Position numbers and translations under genes: made by a program. A stretch of DNA of 64,000 nt, taken from assembly GCA_021806925.1 (NCBI GenBank), contig JAKAPS010000001.1, positions 1,237-65,236 of the forward strand, read 5' to 3'. Source of the DNA: a bacterium (GTDB lineage: Bacteria; Patescibacteriota; Dojkabacteria; JAKAPS01). Below the pieces are notes generated by a model. The model was given only the letters and a program-made list of their open reading frames with translations. It had not been told where the DNA came from and did not search any database. This document shows, piece after piece, positions 20,436 through 33,211 of the stretch (positions within the stretch are counted from its first letter, which is position 1; every line of letters begins with the position of its first letter).

Positions 20436-21413
20436 TTGAAAAACACAAAAACACTAATTATAAAAATTATATCAGTCACTTTGTTGTTGATTTTAGTATA
20501 TTTTATATCGAACCCACATATATTTAACAATAATAATATAGTTTCAAGAAAAACAAATAATGTTACAGTAGAAGCATATACTCCATTACAAAATTTTGAT
20601 ATTCAAACATGGAATAAAGAAGCATTTCTAACAAGCACTGGGTCCTTTACAATTGAAATACCCTACGATACTACAGTTACATTAAATAATGGAATATATA
20701 CATTAAGTGCTAAAGAGTATGGAACTGTAACAATATCTTCTACTATTGCAGTTGATGGTACAAATTCATTGCCATATGACGGATATATAAACAATATATT
20801 CAGAGCAAAGACAACCTATCTTAAGAACTCTAATGAAAGTATACAGATATATACAAAGAACAGTGTTATTTCATTTAACTTTTCTTCAAATGTTGAAAAC
20901 TTCGTGAAGGAATTTCTTACCACATTTATATATACAGAAGATTCAACTACAAATCCAATAGAAACGATTCTCTTTAAACATAATTTTGAGTCCAACAATA
21001 CATATACAATATTTTACCCTAGTAACTATTTCTTAGACCAGAAATATACAACTGGATATAGCCAATCCTGCCCAAACGAATCACTTGTAAAGCTCATAAA
21101 TTCAAACATGCAGAATATAATCACAATTGACTTTAATCCATGTGCAACCACACAATATGTAGTTACAGATTCAGTTATAAAGTATAACTCCATTGATATT
21201 TTTAAAGTGAGTAATAATGAATATTGTGCAATGAGCATGTCATCTCCACAAATGTCATATATTTCTTTAATTCCAGCAAGAAATTTGAACTTTGGATTTA
21301 ACTATACAGAATTCTTTGGTATTACACCAATCAAATTATGTCTATCATCACAAAATCCGTCGCAATATATACATGACTTAGAATACATTGGAACAAACAT
21401 GGATATATACTAA
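20436..21413 (+). CDS. Secreted or membrane-anchored hypothetical protein
   Basis: N-terminal signal/anchor helix followed by a hydrophilic Asn/Ser/Thr-rich body. Confidence 0.45.
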   Translation: MKNTKTLIIKIISVTLLLILVYFISNPHIFNNNNIVSRKTNNVTVEAYTPLQNFDIQTWNKEAFLTSTGSFTIEIPYDTTVTLNNGIYTLSAKEYGTVTISSTIAVDGTNSLPYDGYINNIFRAKTTYLKNSNESIQIYTKNSVISFNFSSNVENFVKEFLTTFIYTEDSTTNPIETILFKHNFESNNTYTIFYPSNYFLDQKYTTGYSQSCPNESLVKLINSNMQNIITIDFNPCATTQYVVTDSVIKYNSIDIFKVSNNEYCAMSMSSPQMSYISLIPARNLNFGFNYTEFFGITPIKLCLSSQNPSQYIHDLEYIGTNMDIY

Positions 21414-21458
21414 AAAATATTGACCTAAGAAATAATTTAATCAATAATTAATAATGAT

Positions 21459-23480
21459 ATGAAAGGGAAAATCTTGCTATTGTTTTTTATTCCCTTACTG
21501 TCTATTCTCTATTTTTTTAGACCATTTACAAATGTATACGGTGCTACAGTTTGCTCTAATACACCAAATGAATTAAATATAAGCAACCAATTTTTACAAA
21601 ATAACGTTTATGCAGGAGTTCCATTTCCTCTTGTTATTTATGCATGTAATTCAAGTGGTCAAATAGATTCTACATTTAATGGAAATGTTCAATTGACAGA
21701 TAGTACAACTACTCTCTACCCATCTAGTACAACTAATTTTGTCGATGGTGTATGGTCTGGGCAAGTTACAATAACTAGAGCAATTAATTCTGATCAAATA
21801 ACTGCATACAGTTCTCTTTATGGAAACGGTATATCATCATCATTTAATGTATTACCTTCAGAAAATGGAATAATTGAAACAATAATACAGGGTTCAAATC
21901 AATCTGGGGTAGTAGGAAGCAATCTTCCACAGGCATTAAGTGTTACAACAACTGACCAATTCGGGAATATAGTCTCAGGCGTTGGCGTCACATTTACAAT
22001 TGCTCCTCCACCTAGTGGTGCTACAGGACAAAGCCTTTCAAACTATAGTGCAATTACTAATTCCAGTGGTTCTGCATCAACAGTGATGACATTAGGTACG
22101 AAAGAAGGAATATACATTGTTACCGTTCAAGTCTCAACTGGATCTTCAAAAACAAGCTCACAATATTATGAGTATGCTAGTAGCGGATCACTTGCAGTGT
22201 TAAATATATCTCCAGCAAGTGCTATTGTTCCTCAAGGAGGAGTTATTAATTTTCAAGCAAGCGGACTTGATAAATATGGTAATCCAGTAACAATATCTTC
22301 ACCTGTTTGGTCAATATCTAATGGTGGAGGTACAATCGATCAAAATGGAAATTTTACTGCAGGACAAACAACTGGCATGTACTATAACACAGTTTCTGCT
22401 GCAATCGGAGGTATAGGAACTACAGCAACAGTTAATATAATTTCAGCACAAAATGGTTCAGGGAGTGGAACAGGAGCTACATCAACACCAACTCCATCTC
22501 CAACTCCTACTCCAGACTATGTAACTGTTACACCAACTCCAACACCAACTCCTGATTATGTCACATTAACACCTACTCCATCACCAGATCCTATCGATCA
22601 TGTGCTTATAAATCCAAATCCTGTAACCGTTTCTCAAGGTGAATCAGTGTCTATTACTGCAACTGCGTATGATGCAAATAATAATCCATTGAATGGAACA
22701 TTTAATTGGGTTATATCAACTGGACTTGGAACACTTAGTTCAAATTATGGATCAAGTGTTACTTTGAATGCTGGTAATACACCTGGAAATGGTACAATAT
22801 CAGTTTCTGCTCTTAATTCAACAGGATCAAAAAGTGATACTGTAAATGTAACAATAATTCCTAGCCCGCTCGCACAAAAATTACTTAATGATAATATTGG
22901 AGGAGGACACTTCTATATAAAAAACATAGGGAATCAGACTACAAACACTCCATTTCTTGTAATAGTTATGGCAGAAGATAACAACAATAATATAATTAAG
23001 AATTTTAATAGTCCTATTGTAATTGATGATACTACGCATACAATAACACCTGGTAGCGGAACTAATTTCATAAACGGAATATGGTCTGGAAACGAAGTTA
23101 TCACAACTCCACAGAATAATGATGTTGTATCTGTTTCTGGCGGTGGTATAACTGGAACAAGTAATGAGTTCAATGTTACTGGTAAATCACCTCCAAATAT
23201 ATTTTCAACACTATCAAGCAAAATATCAAGTGTTATTGTACAAGCAAATAGTGGAACAAATTCTAAATTTGATTCAAGAATAATTAGTGCTGGATTAATA
23301 TCTGGTCTTGGACTTCTAGGTAGCGCACTAAGTATTGGACTAATGTCTTCAAAGGGCTTAGAGGCAATTGGAAGAAACCCCTATGCAAGAGGGAAGATAC
23401 AAATCTCAATGTTAATATCAACAGTGGTATGTATCGGAATATCTATTGCAGGGATTGTACTGTCTATAGTAATAAAGTGA
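21459..23480 (+). CDS. Large secreted Ig-like (Big) domain protein with a Thr/Pro linker and a C-terminal ATP synthase c-subunit-like transmembrane hairpin
   Basis: Signal peptide, then repeated beta-rich segments resembling bacterial Ig-like domains. A TPTPSPTPTPDYVTVTPTPTPTPDYVTLTPTPSPDP linker follows. The C-terminal 65 aa (GLISGLGLLGSALSIGLMSSKGLEAIGRNPYARGKIQISMLISTVVCIGISIAGIVLSIV) align with F-type AtpE (GxGxGxG helix, ARQP-like loop, second helix). Confidence 0.55.
   Translation: MKGKILLLFFIPLLSILYFFRPFTNVYGATVCSNTPNELNISNQFLQNNVYAGVPFPLVIYACNSSGQIDSTFNGNVQLTDSTTTLYPSSTTNFVDGVWSGQVTITRAINSDQITAYSSLYGNGISSSFNVLPSENGIIETIIQGSNQSGVVGSNLPQALSVTTTDQFGNIVSGVGVTFTIAPPPSGATGQSLSNYSAITNSSGSASTVMTLGTKEGIYIVTVQVSTGSSKTSSQYYEYASSGSLAVLNISPASAIVPQGGVINFQASGLDKYGNPVTISSPVWSISNGGGTIDQNGNFTAGQTTGMYYNTVSAAIGGIGTTATVNIISAQNGSGSGTGATSTPTPSPTPTPDYVTVTPTPTPTPDYVTLTPTPSPDPIDHVLINPNPVTVSQGESVSITATAYDANNNPLNGTFNWVISTGLGTLSSNYGSSVTLNAGNTPGNGTISVSALNSTGSKSDTVNVTIIPSPLAQKLLNDNIGGGHFYIKNIGNQTTNTPFLVIVMAEDNNNNIIKNFNSPIVIDDTTHTITPGSGTNFINGIWSGNEVITTPQNNDVVSVSGGGITGTSNEFNVTGKSPPNIFSTLSSKISSVIVQANSGTNSKFDSRIISAGLISGLGLLGSALSIGLMSSKGLEAIGRNPYARGKIQISMLISTVVCIGISIAGIVLSIVIK
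22486..22590 (+). repeat. Imperfect tandem repeat DNA encoding the TPTPTPDYVT(V/L)TPTP linker
   Basis: ACTCCAACTCC...GACTATGTAACTGTTACACC units are visible in the sequence. Confidence 0.5.
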
Positions 23481-23672
23481 CTCTTTTTCTTAATAAATTA
23501 AAAAATTAATTTTATCTATAATCTTCTATATATGTCACAATTCAAGTAAAACACTTTATTGATTAATCACATTGATTGTAATTATAGAAATATATAAATA
23601 CAAGAGCAATATTCATATTTAATTTCCGTTACTTTAATATACTAGAATAGTAAGTATTACATCATATTGGGC

Positions 23673-23715
23673 GATTCGTCTACCCCAAATCTCCGATTTT
23701 GACAATTATCGGAGA
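23673..23715. repeat. 43-bp direct repeat, copy 1, containing an 8-bp palindrome (TCTCCGAT-N10-ATCGGAGA)
   Basis: GATTCGTCTACCCCAAATCTCCGATTTTGACAATTATCGGAGA. It matches copy 2 at 41 of 43 positions. Confidence 0.8.
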
Positions 23716-23734
23716 TCTGTGTTAATATTTACAT

Positions 23735-24982
23735 ATGGATGAAACTTTAGCTATACAAAATCCATGGTGGGAAGGAAGGCCATTGAAAAAATCAGTAGAA
23801 AGGAAAGAAGCACTATATGCCCTTAAACAAAGAGTAAAAAATAATAGAGTTTGTATGCTACTCGGTGGAAGGAGAGTTGGTAAAACGACCCTTATACATC
23901 AATACATTGGCGAATTATTGAATACTGGTGTTGAACCAAAAAATATATGCTATATTCTTCTTGATTCTAATGCATTCGAGAAGATATCAATATTTGAACT
24001 AATAAGAAAATACCGACAAATACACAACTTAAAAAGAGATGAGAATGTTTATTTATTTCTTGATGAAATTCAATATAAGGATAATTGGGAGCAATATATC
24101 AAAAATATTTATGATACTGAACCAAATATAAATGTTATGTTATCTGGATCAGCAAGTTTTAAAATTCATACTAAAACCTCATTTTTAACTGGACGATTTT
24201 CAATTCTTTATCTTTATCCCTTGTCATTTAAAGAATTTCTTCAATTTAAAAACATACAAATCTCCCTATCTGAAAAGTATATATATGAAAATGAGTTAAA
24301 TGAATATCTTCTAAAAGGAGGTTATCCTGAATATCTTTTGACTGAAGATTATCAATACTTTCCAAATCTGGTTGACAGTATAATCTATAAGGATTTTGTC
24401 GAATATTTCAATATAAAGAATCTAAACATAGTAAAAGATTTACTTAAGCTTATTGCTGATAGAACTGGATCTCATACGAGTCTTTCAAAATTAGGAAAAA
24501 TATTATCAATAGCCAAGGAAACAGTAAGAGATTATGTCTTTGCACTAAAGGAAACATTTACTATTTATGAATTACAAAGATATGCTACATCAAGAAATGA
24601 AAGGATTTACTTTCCCAAAAAATATTATATAAATGATAATGGTTTATTATTTAACTTGAGCGGTAAGTTTAATAAAGGGCAAGTTGCAGAGCAAACACTT
24701 TTTGATTTCTTATATAAAAAGTATAATGAATCATTGTACTTTTATTATTACGATGGTATAGAGATAGATTTTCTTATTAAGGACGCTGATGGAATTCAGT
24801 TAATTGAATCTAAATATATTAATGATGTAGAAGAATTCGATTCGAAATTACTTGTTAAAGCTATGGAGACATTGAAAGTTAGTAAGGCTGTTGTAATAAC
24901 AGAATCTCTTGAAAATACAATAGAATTTAGTAATAAGTCTATAGAATATATTCCCCTATGGAAATATATTCTTTCTCTGTAA
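23735..24982 (+). CDS. AAA+ ATPase of the AAA_14/DUF4143 family
   Basis: Walker A GGRRVGKTTL, Walker B LFLDEIQ and the characteristic C-terminal DUF4143-like region. Confidence 0.8.
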   Translation: MDETLAIQNPWWEGRPLKKSVERKEALYALKQRVKNNRVCMLLGGRRVGKTTLIHQYIGELLNTGVEPKNICYILLDSNAFEKISIFELIRKYRQIHNLKRDENVYLFLDEIQYKDNWEQYIKNIYDTEPNINVMLSGSASFKIHTKTSFLTGRFSILYLYPLSFKEFLQFKNIQISLSEKYIYENELNEYLLKGGYPEYLLTEDYQYFPNLVDSIIYKDFVEYFNIKNLNIVKDLLKLIADRTGSHTSLSKLGKILSIAKETVRDYVFALKETFTIYELQRYATSRNERIYFPKKYYINDNGLLFNLSGKFNKGQVAEQTLFDFLYKKYNESLYFYYYDGIEIDFLIKDADGIQLIESKYINDVEEFDSKLLVKAMETLKVSKAVVITESLENTIEFSNKSIEYIPLWKYILSL

Positions 24983-25008
24983 ACTATACAGAAACGTATC
25001 TGACAAAA

Positions 25009-25051
25009 GATTCGTCTACCCTCAATCTCCGATTTTGACAATTATCGGAGA
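25009..25051. repeat. 43-bp direct repeat, copy 2, with the same internal palindrome
   Basis: GATTCGTCTACCCTCAATCTCCGATTTTGACAATTATCGGAGA. With copy 1 it brackets the AAA ATPase gene. Confidence 0.8.
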
Positions 25052-25155
25052 CTCTTAAAGCAGTTATCATAAATTGACAGAACATATAAAAATCACAATA
25101 TGTTTTATATATTTTTTACAAAACATAAAATATATATTATATTATTTATAGATTT

Positions 25156-25659
25156 ATGTTATATATTCTTATTGCTTTAAATGTATTTCTTCTTCTTTTA
25201 ATTGGCTTAATTATATTTTTTGTTTTAAAAGATAGAGATGTAGAGAAAAAATTACGTGAAGAACTTGAAACAATAAAAAAAGTATATGATGAAAAGACAA
25301 ATCTTTTCAAAGAAGAAGCTGATAAAGCTAAAGATTTAGCAAATATATCAGAACAAAATTATGATGCAATACAAAAAGAAATTGACTCAATAAAAATTGA
25401 ATACGAAAATAAGGAGAAAACATTAAATGATAATATTGAAGCGAAGATTAAAGAGTTATCTGAATTAGAGGAGACTGCTGTAAAAAGAGCAGAAGACAGG
25501 GTTAGAGAATATGAAAAGAGTCAGAAGACTGAAATAGAAAAGAATATGGTTGACCTAGTTATAAACGTAACAAAGAAAGTATTTGAAAAATCACTTACTT
25601 ATGAGGATCATAAAAGAATAATAGAAAAATCAATATCAGATTTAAAAATGGATGATTAA
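25156..25659 (+). CDS. atpF: F0F1 ATP synthase subunit b
   Basis: N-terminal TM helix followed by a long charged coiled coil, positioned upstream of delta. Confidence 0.75.
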   Translation: MLYILIALNVFLLLLIGLIIFFVLKDRDVEKKLREELETIKKVYDEKTNLFKEEADKAKDLANISEQNYDAIQKEIDSIKIEYENKEKTLNDNIEAKIKELSELEETAVKRAEDRVREYEKSQKTEIEKNMVDLVINVTKKVFEKSLTYEDHKRIIEKSISDLKMDD

Positions 25660-25664
25660 AAGAA

Positions 25665-26165
25665 ATGAACAGTATATACGATAAATTAAATGAAAAGATA
25701 TTCACAAAAAATGAGCTTGAAAATCTTGTCATTGATATTGAAAAATTAATAAAAAAATTAGATCAAAAATATACTGAAGAAGAGTTAAAGACAATCATAA
25801 ATGAAACAATAAGACAAAAGAAATTTGCTAATATATTTCTTGCAAGTATAAAGGTCAAATCTGGAATGACACCTGAAAAGATGCAGGATCTTGATAAGAA
25901 GCTTCATGATTTACCAAATACGAGAAAATCAGTCTCAATAATGACTGCAATTCCTATTTTAAATGAAGATATGGAATTTTTTGCTCAAATGATTCAAGAG
26001 AAAGATAGTTCTCCAATACTAATTAATTATAGTGTAGATTCATCATTAATAGGAGGTATTAAAGTAAAAGCACAGAAATACATATATGATTTATCTTTGA
26101 AAACGCATTTGGAGAAATATAAAGTGGAATGGTTGAAATTAATAAAACGACATAATGAATCATGA
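25665..26165 (+). CDS. atpH: F0F1 ATP synthase subunit delta (OSCP)
   Basis: 166 aa, C-terminal GGIKVKAQKYIYDLSLK typical of delta, and operon position. Confidence 0.7.
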   Translation: MNSIYDKLNEKIFTKNELENLVIDIEKLIKKLDQKYTEEELKTIINETIRQKKFANIFLASIKVKSGMTPEKMQDLDKKLHDLPNTRKSVSIMTAIPILNEDMEFFAQMIQEKDSSPILINYSVDSSLIGGIKVKAQKYIYDLSLKTHLEKYKVEWLKLIKRHNES

Positions 26166-27785
26166 ACGATCAAGATGATATCACTAGACTCTCTAATAAT
26201 ATTCCATTAGATGATTTTGAGCCTGAAATAACTGAAATAGGCGAAGTAGACTATATTGGTGATGGAATATGCAGAATAACAGGACTTCCCAATGCAAGAA
26301 TGGAAGATATAGTTAGGATTGAGGCAAAGGGCGAAGATGTACTAGGACTGATACTTGGGTTAAATGAAAATTATGTTGAGACAGTAATACTTGGAGATTT
26401 TTCAAAAATATCAAAAGGTGATGTTGTATCATCAGCAAAAAAAAGAATAAAGATACCATCAGGAGAAGAGGTATTTGGTAGAGTAATTGACCCACTTGGT
26501 AAGGCGATTGATGGAAACGGCGAACTAAAATCAAGAAAAATGGTTCAGATTGAAAATCCTGCACCTATGGTTAATGAAAGAGAACAAATTGTTGACCAGA
26601 TACGCACAGGAATACTTGTAGTAGATTCAATCATTCCCGTAGGTAAAGGACAAAGAGAATTAGTAATTGGAGATAGAAAATCTGGAAAAACTACTCTTGT
26701 TCAAAATATAATAATAAATCAAAAAGGTAAAGGTATTTTCTGTATATATGTCTCAGTACTTGGTAAAAAAGCTATGTTAAAGGGAATATATGAGACACTC
26801 TTAAAAGAAGGATGTATGGACTATACCGTAATAATTGCAGCAACATCTGATGACCTTCCATCAATGAGCTACATTGCACCGTACAGTGGATGTGCAATTG
26901 CAGAAAGTTTAATGAAACAAGGAAAAGACGCTTTAGTAATTTATGATGACCTTTCAAAACATGCAAAAGCATACAGACAAATGTCACTTCTGTTAAAAAG
27001 ATCTCCAGGAAGAGATGCATATCCAGGTGATATATTCTACCTTCATTCAAGACTTCTTGAAAGAAGTGCAAAATTATCAAAAGAACTTGGTGGGGGCAGT
27101 TCAACTGCTTTTCCAATGGCAGAAACTCAGTCAGGAGATATTTCAGAGTTTATTACAACAAATTTGATGAGTATAACTGATGGACATATATACCTTGATG
27201 TTAATTTAATGCATGAAGGTATATTGCCAGCTGTAGATAGCGGTTTTTCTGTTTCAAGAATTGGAGGTAGTATACAAACAAAACTGCTTCGAAAACTCGG
27301 AGAAATGGCCAGTAAATCACTTCAAAGATACAATGAGGTGAAATCCTTTGAAAATATAAATACGGAGATTTCTGAAGAAACTGAACGAGAACTAAAAAGA
27401 GGTAAAAGAGTATTGGAAATATTTAATCAACCAAGTAGTTTAAATATGTCACTTGCTGAAGAAGTTCTATCGCTTTTTATTGTATGTGCAGGGTTATATG
27501 ATGATATTGAACTAATTGATGTAAGAAAAATAAAGATTGAAGTAATTAATTTTTTGAGGCATGAAGATAATGTAACACTCCGAGATAAACTCAGCAGTGG
27601 AGACACAAGCTATGATGAACTAGAAGGAGAAATAAAACAGATGTTTTCTAAAGAATTCTTAATGAGCTTACTAAAAAGCGATGAACCTGTAGACTCAACA
27701 AACAACAAAACAGAAGATATACAAAATATTAGTGAAAAAACTAATAACACAGATACAAGTGAACCGATAAAGGAGGAAAACAAGG

Positions 27786-27802
<17 letters not shown>
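26162..27802 (+). CDS. atpA: F0F1 ATP synthase subunit alpha
   Basis: Walker A GDRKSGKTT plus extensive alpha-subunit motifs. It carries an acidic C-terminal extension. Confidence 0.9.
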
Positions 27803-30162
<2,360 letters not shown>

Positions 30163-30420
30163 ATGGATGATAATCAAAAATTAAAGATAAAAATAGTTAC
30201 GCAGGACTCACTTCTTTTTGATGGTGAAGCAAATAGAATCATCGCTCCAGGACAGAAAGGTAGCTCATTTGCAATATTACCATTTCACACACCATTTTTT
30301 TCCAAGATTTATGAAGGATTTATTGAGGTTCATAATGAAAATGATGTTAAAAAATTTGAAAGTAAAAGAGGTATTATACGTGTAATTAATAATGAAGTTC
30401 TCGTTATAACTGGTATATAG
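30163..30420 (+). CDS. atpC: F0F1 ATP synthase subunit epsilon, beta-sandwich domain only
   Basis: 85 aa, the epsilon N-terminal domain motif IVTQDSLLFDGEA. The C-terminal helical hairpin is absent. Confidence 0.65.
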   Translation: MDDNQKLKIKIVTQDSLLFDGEANRIIAPGQKGSSFAILPFHTPFFSKIYEGFIEVHNENDVKKFESKRGIIRVINNEVLVITGI

Positions 30421-30480
30421 CTATATACATACACACAACACATATCATGCGATTAATTTATTTGTAAATATATTTCCTAA

Positions 30481-30879
30481 TTATCTTATTCTCCTCTTTC
30501 TTTCATGTGAGCTATATTTCAAATTCACTGCAATGTAATTAATTATGATTAATAAAAATATACCAGTAGACAGTATAATATATGAGTATCTTGAAAAAAG
30601 TAAAAGAATATCTATATATAGTAGATTGAATAATATGTAATATATTGTTTTCTCTACATTAAAAAATATGTATGCAAATAGAAGAAATAATGCTACATTA
30701 AGAATAAATAACGCTATTGATATATATATGTAGTTATACATTCCAGTATTCGTGATAGGTGAAAACAAGATTATAAATACAATCTCTAAACATAAAAAAA
30801 GTATTGAGAAAGATAAGTAAATATTTCTAAAAGATATATTCCTAATACCTCTTAATTTATTGAATACCATACTTTTCAA
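30481..30879 (-). CDS. Small polytopic membrane protein
   Basis: 132 aa, 3-4 TM helices, last gene of the ATP-grasp operon. Confidence 0.35.
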   Translation of the reverse strand: MKSMVFNKLRGIRNISFRNIYLSFSILFLCLEIVFIILFSPITNTGMYNYIYISIALFILNVALFLLFAYIFFNVEKTIYYILFNLLYIDILLLFSRYSYIILSTGIFLLIIINYIAVNLKYSSHERKRRIR

Positions 30880-31750
30880 TTAATGATGAGACAAATATCT
30901 TTGCAACATTAACATTAGTTACTCTTTCAAATCTTTTAAACATTGGAATTGTATTACACTCCAGCATATATGGCTTTCCATCCTTCATTATCATATCAAT
31001 TCCTGCAAAGAATACATTGAGACTGCTGGCAATATTAATTGCCATATTTATCATATTATCATCTGGAAAATATTGATTAACAATTGAAGAAGATCTTCTT
31101 GTGTGAAAATCATCACTATCTTTAGATTCATTCTTTATTGCACCAATAAATCTATTATTTATAACAAGTAGTCTGTAATCAACACCACCTGGTACATACT
31201 CTTCTACCTGGAACACCTTATTTTTTCTTATATCCTGTTTAAGATACATAAATATTTCCTCTAGGTCATTCAACTTATATACTTCCTTAGCCCTTGATGA
31301 AGGCGATCCTTTTAATATATTAGGAAATTCTATACCTGCATTCTCTAACCTTTGTAATGAAACATTACTGCCCATACCTAAAAACGTTGTATCAAGCAAA
31401 TTTATATTCTTATTAGAGCTGCAACATAACATATAGTCACTGAATTTTGTACCAGAATTGAGAAGACTCACATCTGATATAACAATTCTATTTCCTAGTA
31501 ATTTCAAAGCTTCTACAATATATTTTGCATTCTCTCCACCAACCCTAACTAAATACACATCGAAACTAAGAATATCCCTACTTTCAATACATGTATCATC
31601 TTTAAATATTCCAATTTCCCCATTGATTATCTTTATAAACAGTGAGGATACATTGAGTCTTTCTATAGTAATATTGTTGTAAAAAGAGAATTCATCAACT
31701 ATTTTATCTGTTTCATAACTATATTTGTTTGTTATTATTGCTATCTTCAT
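30857..31750 (-). CDS. RimK-like ATP-grasp ligase (alpha-L-glutamate ligase family)
   Basis: N-terminal MKIAIITNKYS (compare RimK MKIAILS), QVEEYVPGGVDYRLLVINNRFIGAIKNESKDSDDFHTRRSS and MLECNTIPMF, all collinear with RimK. Confidence 0.7.
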   Translation of the reverse strand: MKIAIITNKYSYETDKIVDEFSFYNNITIERLNVSSLFIKIINGEIGIFKDDTCIESRDILSFDVYLVRVGGENAKYIVEALKLLGNRIVISDVSLLNSGTKFSDYMLCCSSNKNINLLDTTFLGMGSNVSLQRLENAGIEFPNILKGSPSSRAKEVYKLNDLEEIFMYLKQDIRKNKVFQVEEYVPGGVDYRLLVINNRFIGAIKNESKDSDDFHTRRSSSIVNQYFPDDNMINMAINIASSLNVFFAGIDMIMKDGKPYMLECNTIPMFKRFERVTNVNVAKIFVSSLIEKYGIQ

Positions 31751-31795
31751 TTATATAAATTCTATCACTTCTATTGTTTATATGACTTCCATTCC

Positions 31796-33211
31796 TTATA
31801 TTTTCTTTTCAACATCAACTAGAAAATCATTTAAATCACGCTCCCCTATAATACATTGGAATTTCAATTCTTCTCTACCTATAACATTTACAATTGTCTT
31901 CTTTTTTACATTACCGATCTTTATTGTTACCTCGAATCTTGGTCTGATACTAGTTCCGTTTCCATTATTAACCCTTGCAATTCCTCTATAATTAGCAAAA
32001 TCAAGTATAGATTCCAAGTGATATGACTCAATATTCTTAGATTCATGTTTTTGAGTTTTATAGTACTCCATGAATTCATCAAAGGAGTTTAATAATCCAA
32101 ACTCTCTTGCTAATGAAGAATCTATTGAGGTCGAATCTGCGCCTGTATCAACCTTTGCTAGTACAGTCAAATTCTTCTTCCTTACTTCAACATTCATATT
32201 AACATATCTTCCTATTACTGTCTTTCCAGTTATCTCTTCTATCTCTTCCTCAATCTCACCACCAAATAAGTCTTTTGCCAGTTTAATAGAATGCTTTATA
32301 GATTTAAATTTTAATTTTCTAACTCTTTCTAGCCTTTCTTTCAAACTATCATTATTTGCTATTTGAATTCCAAGTCCTGGTCTGGCATTAATTTCAAGAA
32401 TAGTAGGGCCATGGTCTCTGCAAAGAGCAATATCAACACCAGCAAGACCTAATCCAGATGCTATTTGAGCTTTTGTGCTTATCTCCAGAATCTGATCCCA
32501 GTATGGCACTCTGAATCCTACAATTTTAGACTTTGTATCTGGATGAATTTCTATTGGCTTGTTAAAATAAACACCACCAGTTGTTACACCAGATCCAATA
32601 TCAATGCCCACACCTATAGCTCCAATTGTAATATTAGCTTTTCCGCTTGATGCTACTGTTGGGAGTCTCATCATTGCCATTACAGGTATTTTATTAAATA
32701 CAATTACCCTTACATCGGGAATGCCTTTATATGTTAATAATTTAAATTCTTTTAGCAACTTCAGCCTCTCCTCAAAAAATGCCTTATCCTTTGTTCCACC
32801 CAATGAATATTTGTTATCCAGTATGTCAATGATATGCTTTTCTAAATCACTTTGATATATTTTTACACCATTTTGCTTAACCCATACTCTGTTTCCCTCT
32901 TTACTATGAAGTTTATCCTCACCATACACTACAATTATACCCCCTCCTGCATATCCTTTATTTGGTTTTAATACAAACGACTCTGGTAATTTACTCCAGT
33001 CAAAGCTTTCAATATCTTCCTTCTTTCTTATAACTCCTAAGGTTTTAGCTATTGGTAGTTTATTTTTCTTAAAAATTCTTTTTGCAAATAATTTATTGTC
33101 AGCTATTGCTCTTGAGTCTTTCAAGTTATACTTAAGAGTATACATTAAGTTTCTCTCATTTCTTCCTAGCATCCTATCCTGATTAACAAAGAATTTTAGA
33201 ATTTCATTCAT
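31796..33211 (-). CDS. Fusion of an ATP-grasp (RimK-related) domain with a C-terminal retropepsin-like (RimB / PF05618-type) aspartic protease domain
   Basis: ATP-grasp region with FVLKPNKGYAGGGIIVV, VMAMMRLPTVASSGKAN and ILEINARPGLGIQ. The C-terminus carries VLAKVDTGADSTSI (D-T-G-A aspartyl protease signature). Confidence 0.6.
   Translation of the reverse strand: MNEILKFFVNQDRMLGRNERNLMYTLKYNLKDSRAIADNKLFAKRIFKKNKLPIAKTLGVIRKKEDIESFDWSKLPESFVLKPNKGYAGGGIIVVYGEDKLHSKEGNRVWVKQNGVKIYQSDLEKHIIDILDNKYSLGGTKDKAFFEERLKLLKEFKLLTYKGIPDVRVIVFNKIPVMAMMRLPTVASSGKANITIGAIGVGIDIGSGVTTGGVYFNKPIEIHPDTKSKIVGFRVPYWDQILEISTKAQIASGLGLAGVDIALCRDHGPTILEINARPGLGIQIANNDSLKERLERVRKLKFKSIKHSIKLAKDLFGGEIEEEIEEITGKTVIGRYVNMNVEVRKKNLTVLAKVDTGADSTSIDSSLAREFGLLNSFDEFMEYYKTQKHESKNIESYHLESILDFANYRGIARVNNGNGTSIRPRFEVTIKIGNVKKKTIVNVIGREELKFQCIIGERDLNDFLVDVEKKI

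Noticed and set aside
20436-21413. ORF 20436-21413 as a candidate ATP synthase a subunit (atpB) because of its position upstream of the c-like gene
   Set aside because: It has only one N-terminal hydrophobic helix and a hydrophilic Asn/Thr-rich body, with no polytopic architecture or conserved Arg motif.
23690-23715. TTGACA within the repeat palindrome loop as a -35 promoter element
   Set aside because: No acceptable -10 hexamer lies at 16-19 bp spacing in either copy. The -35-like hexamer at 47741-47746 upstream of the Lys-rich gene has the same problem.
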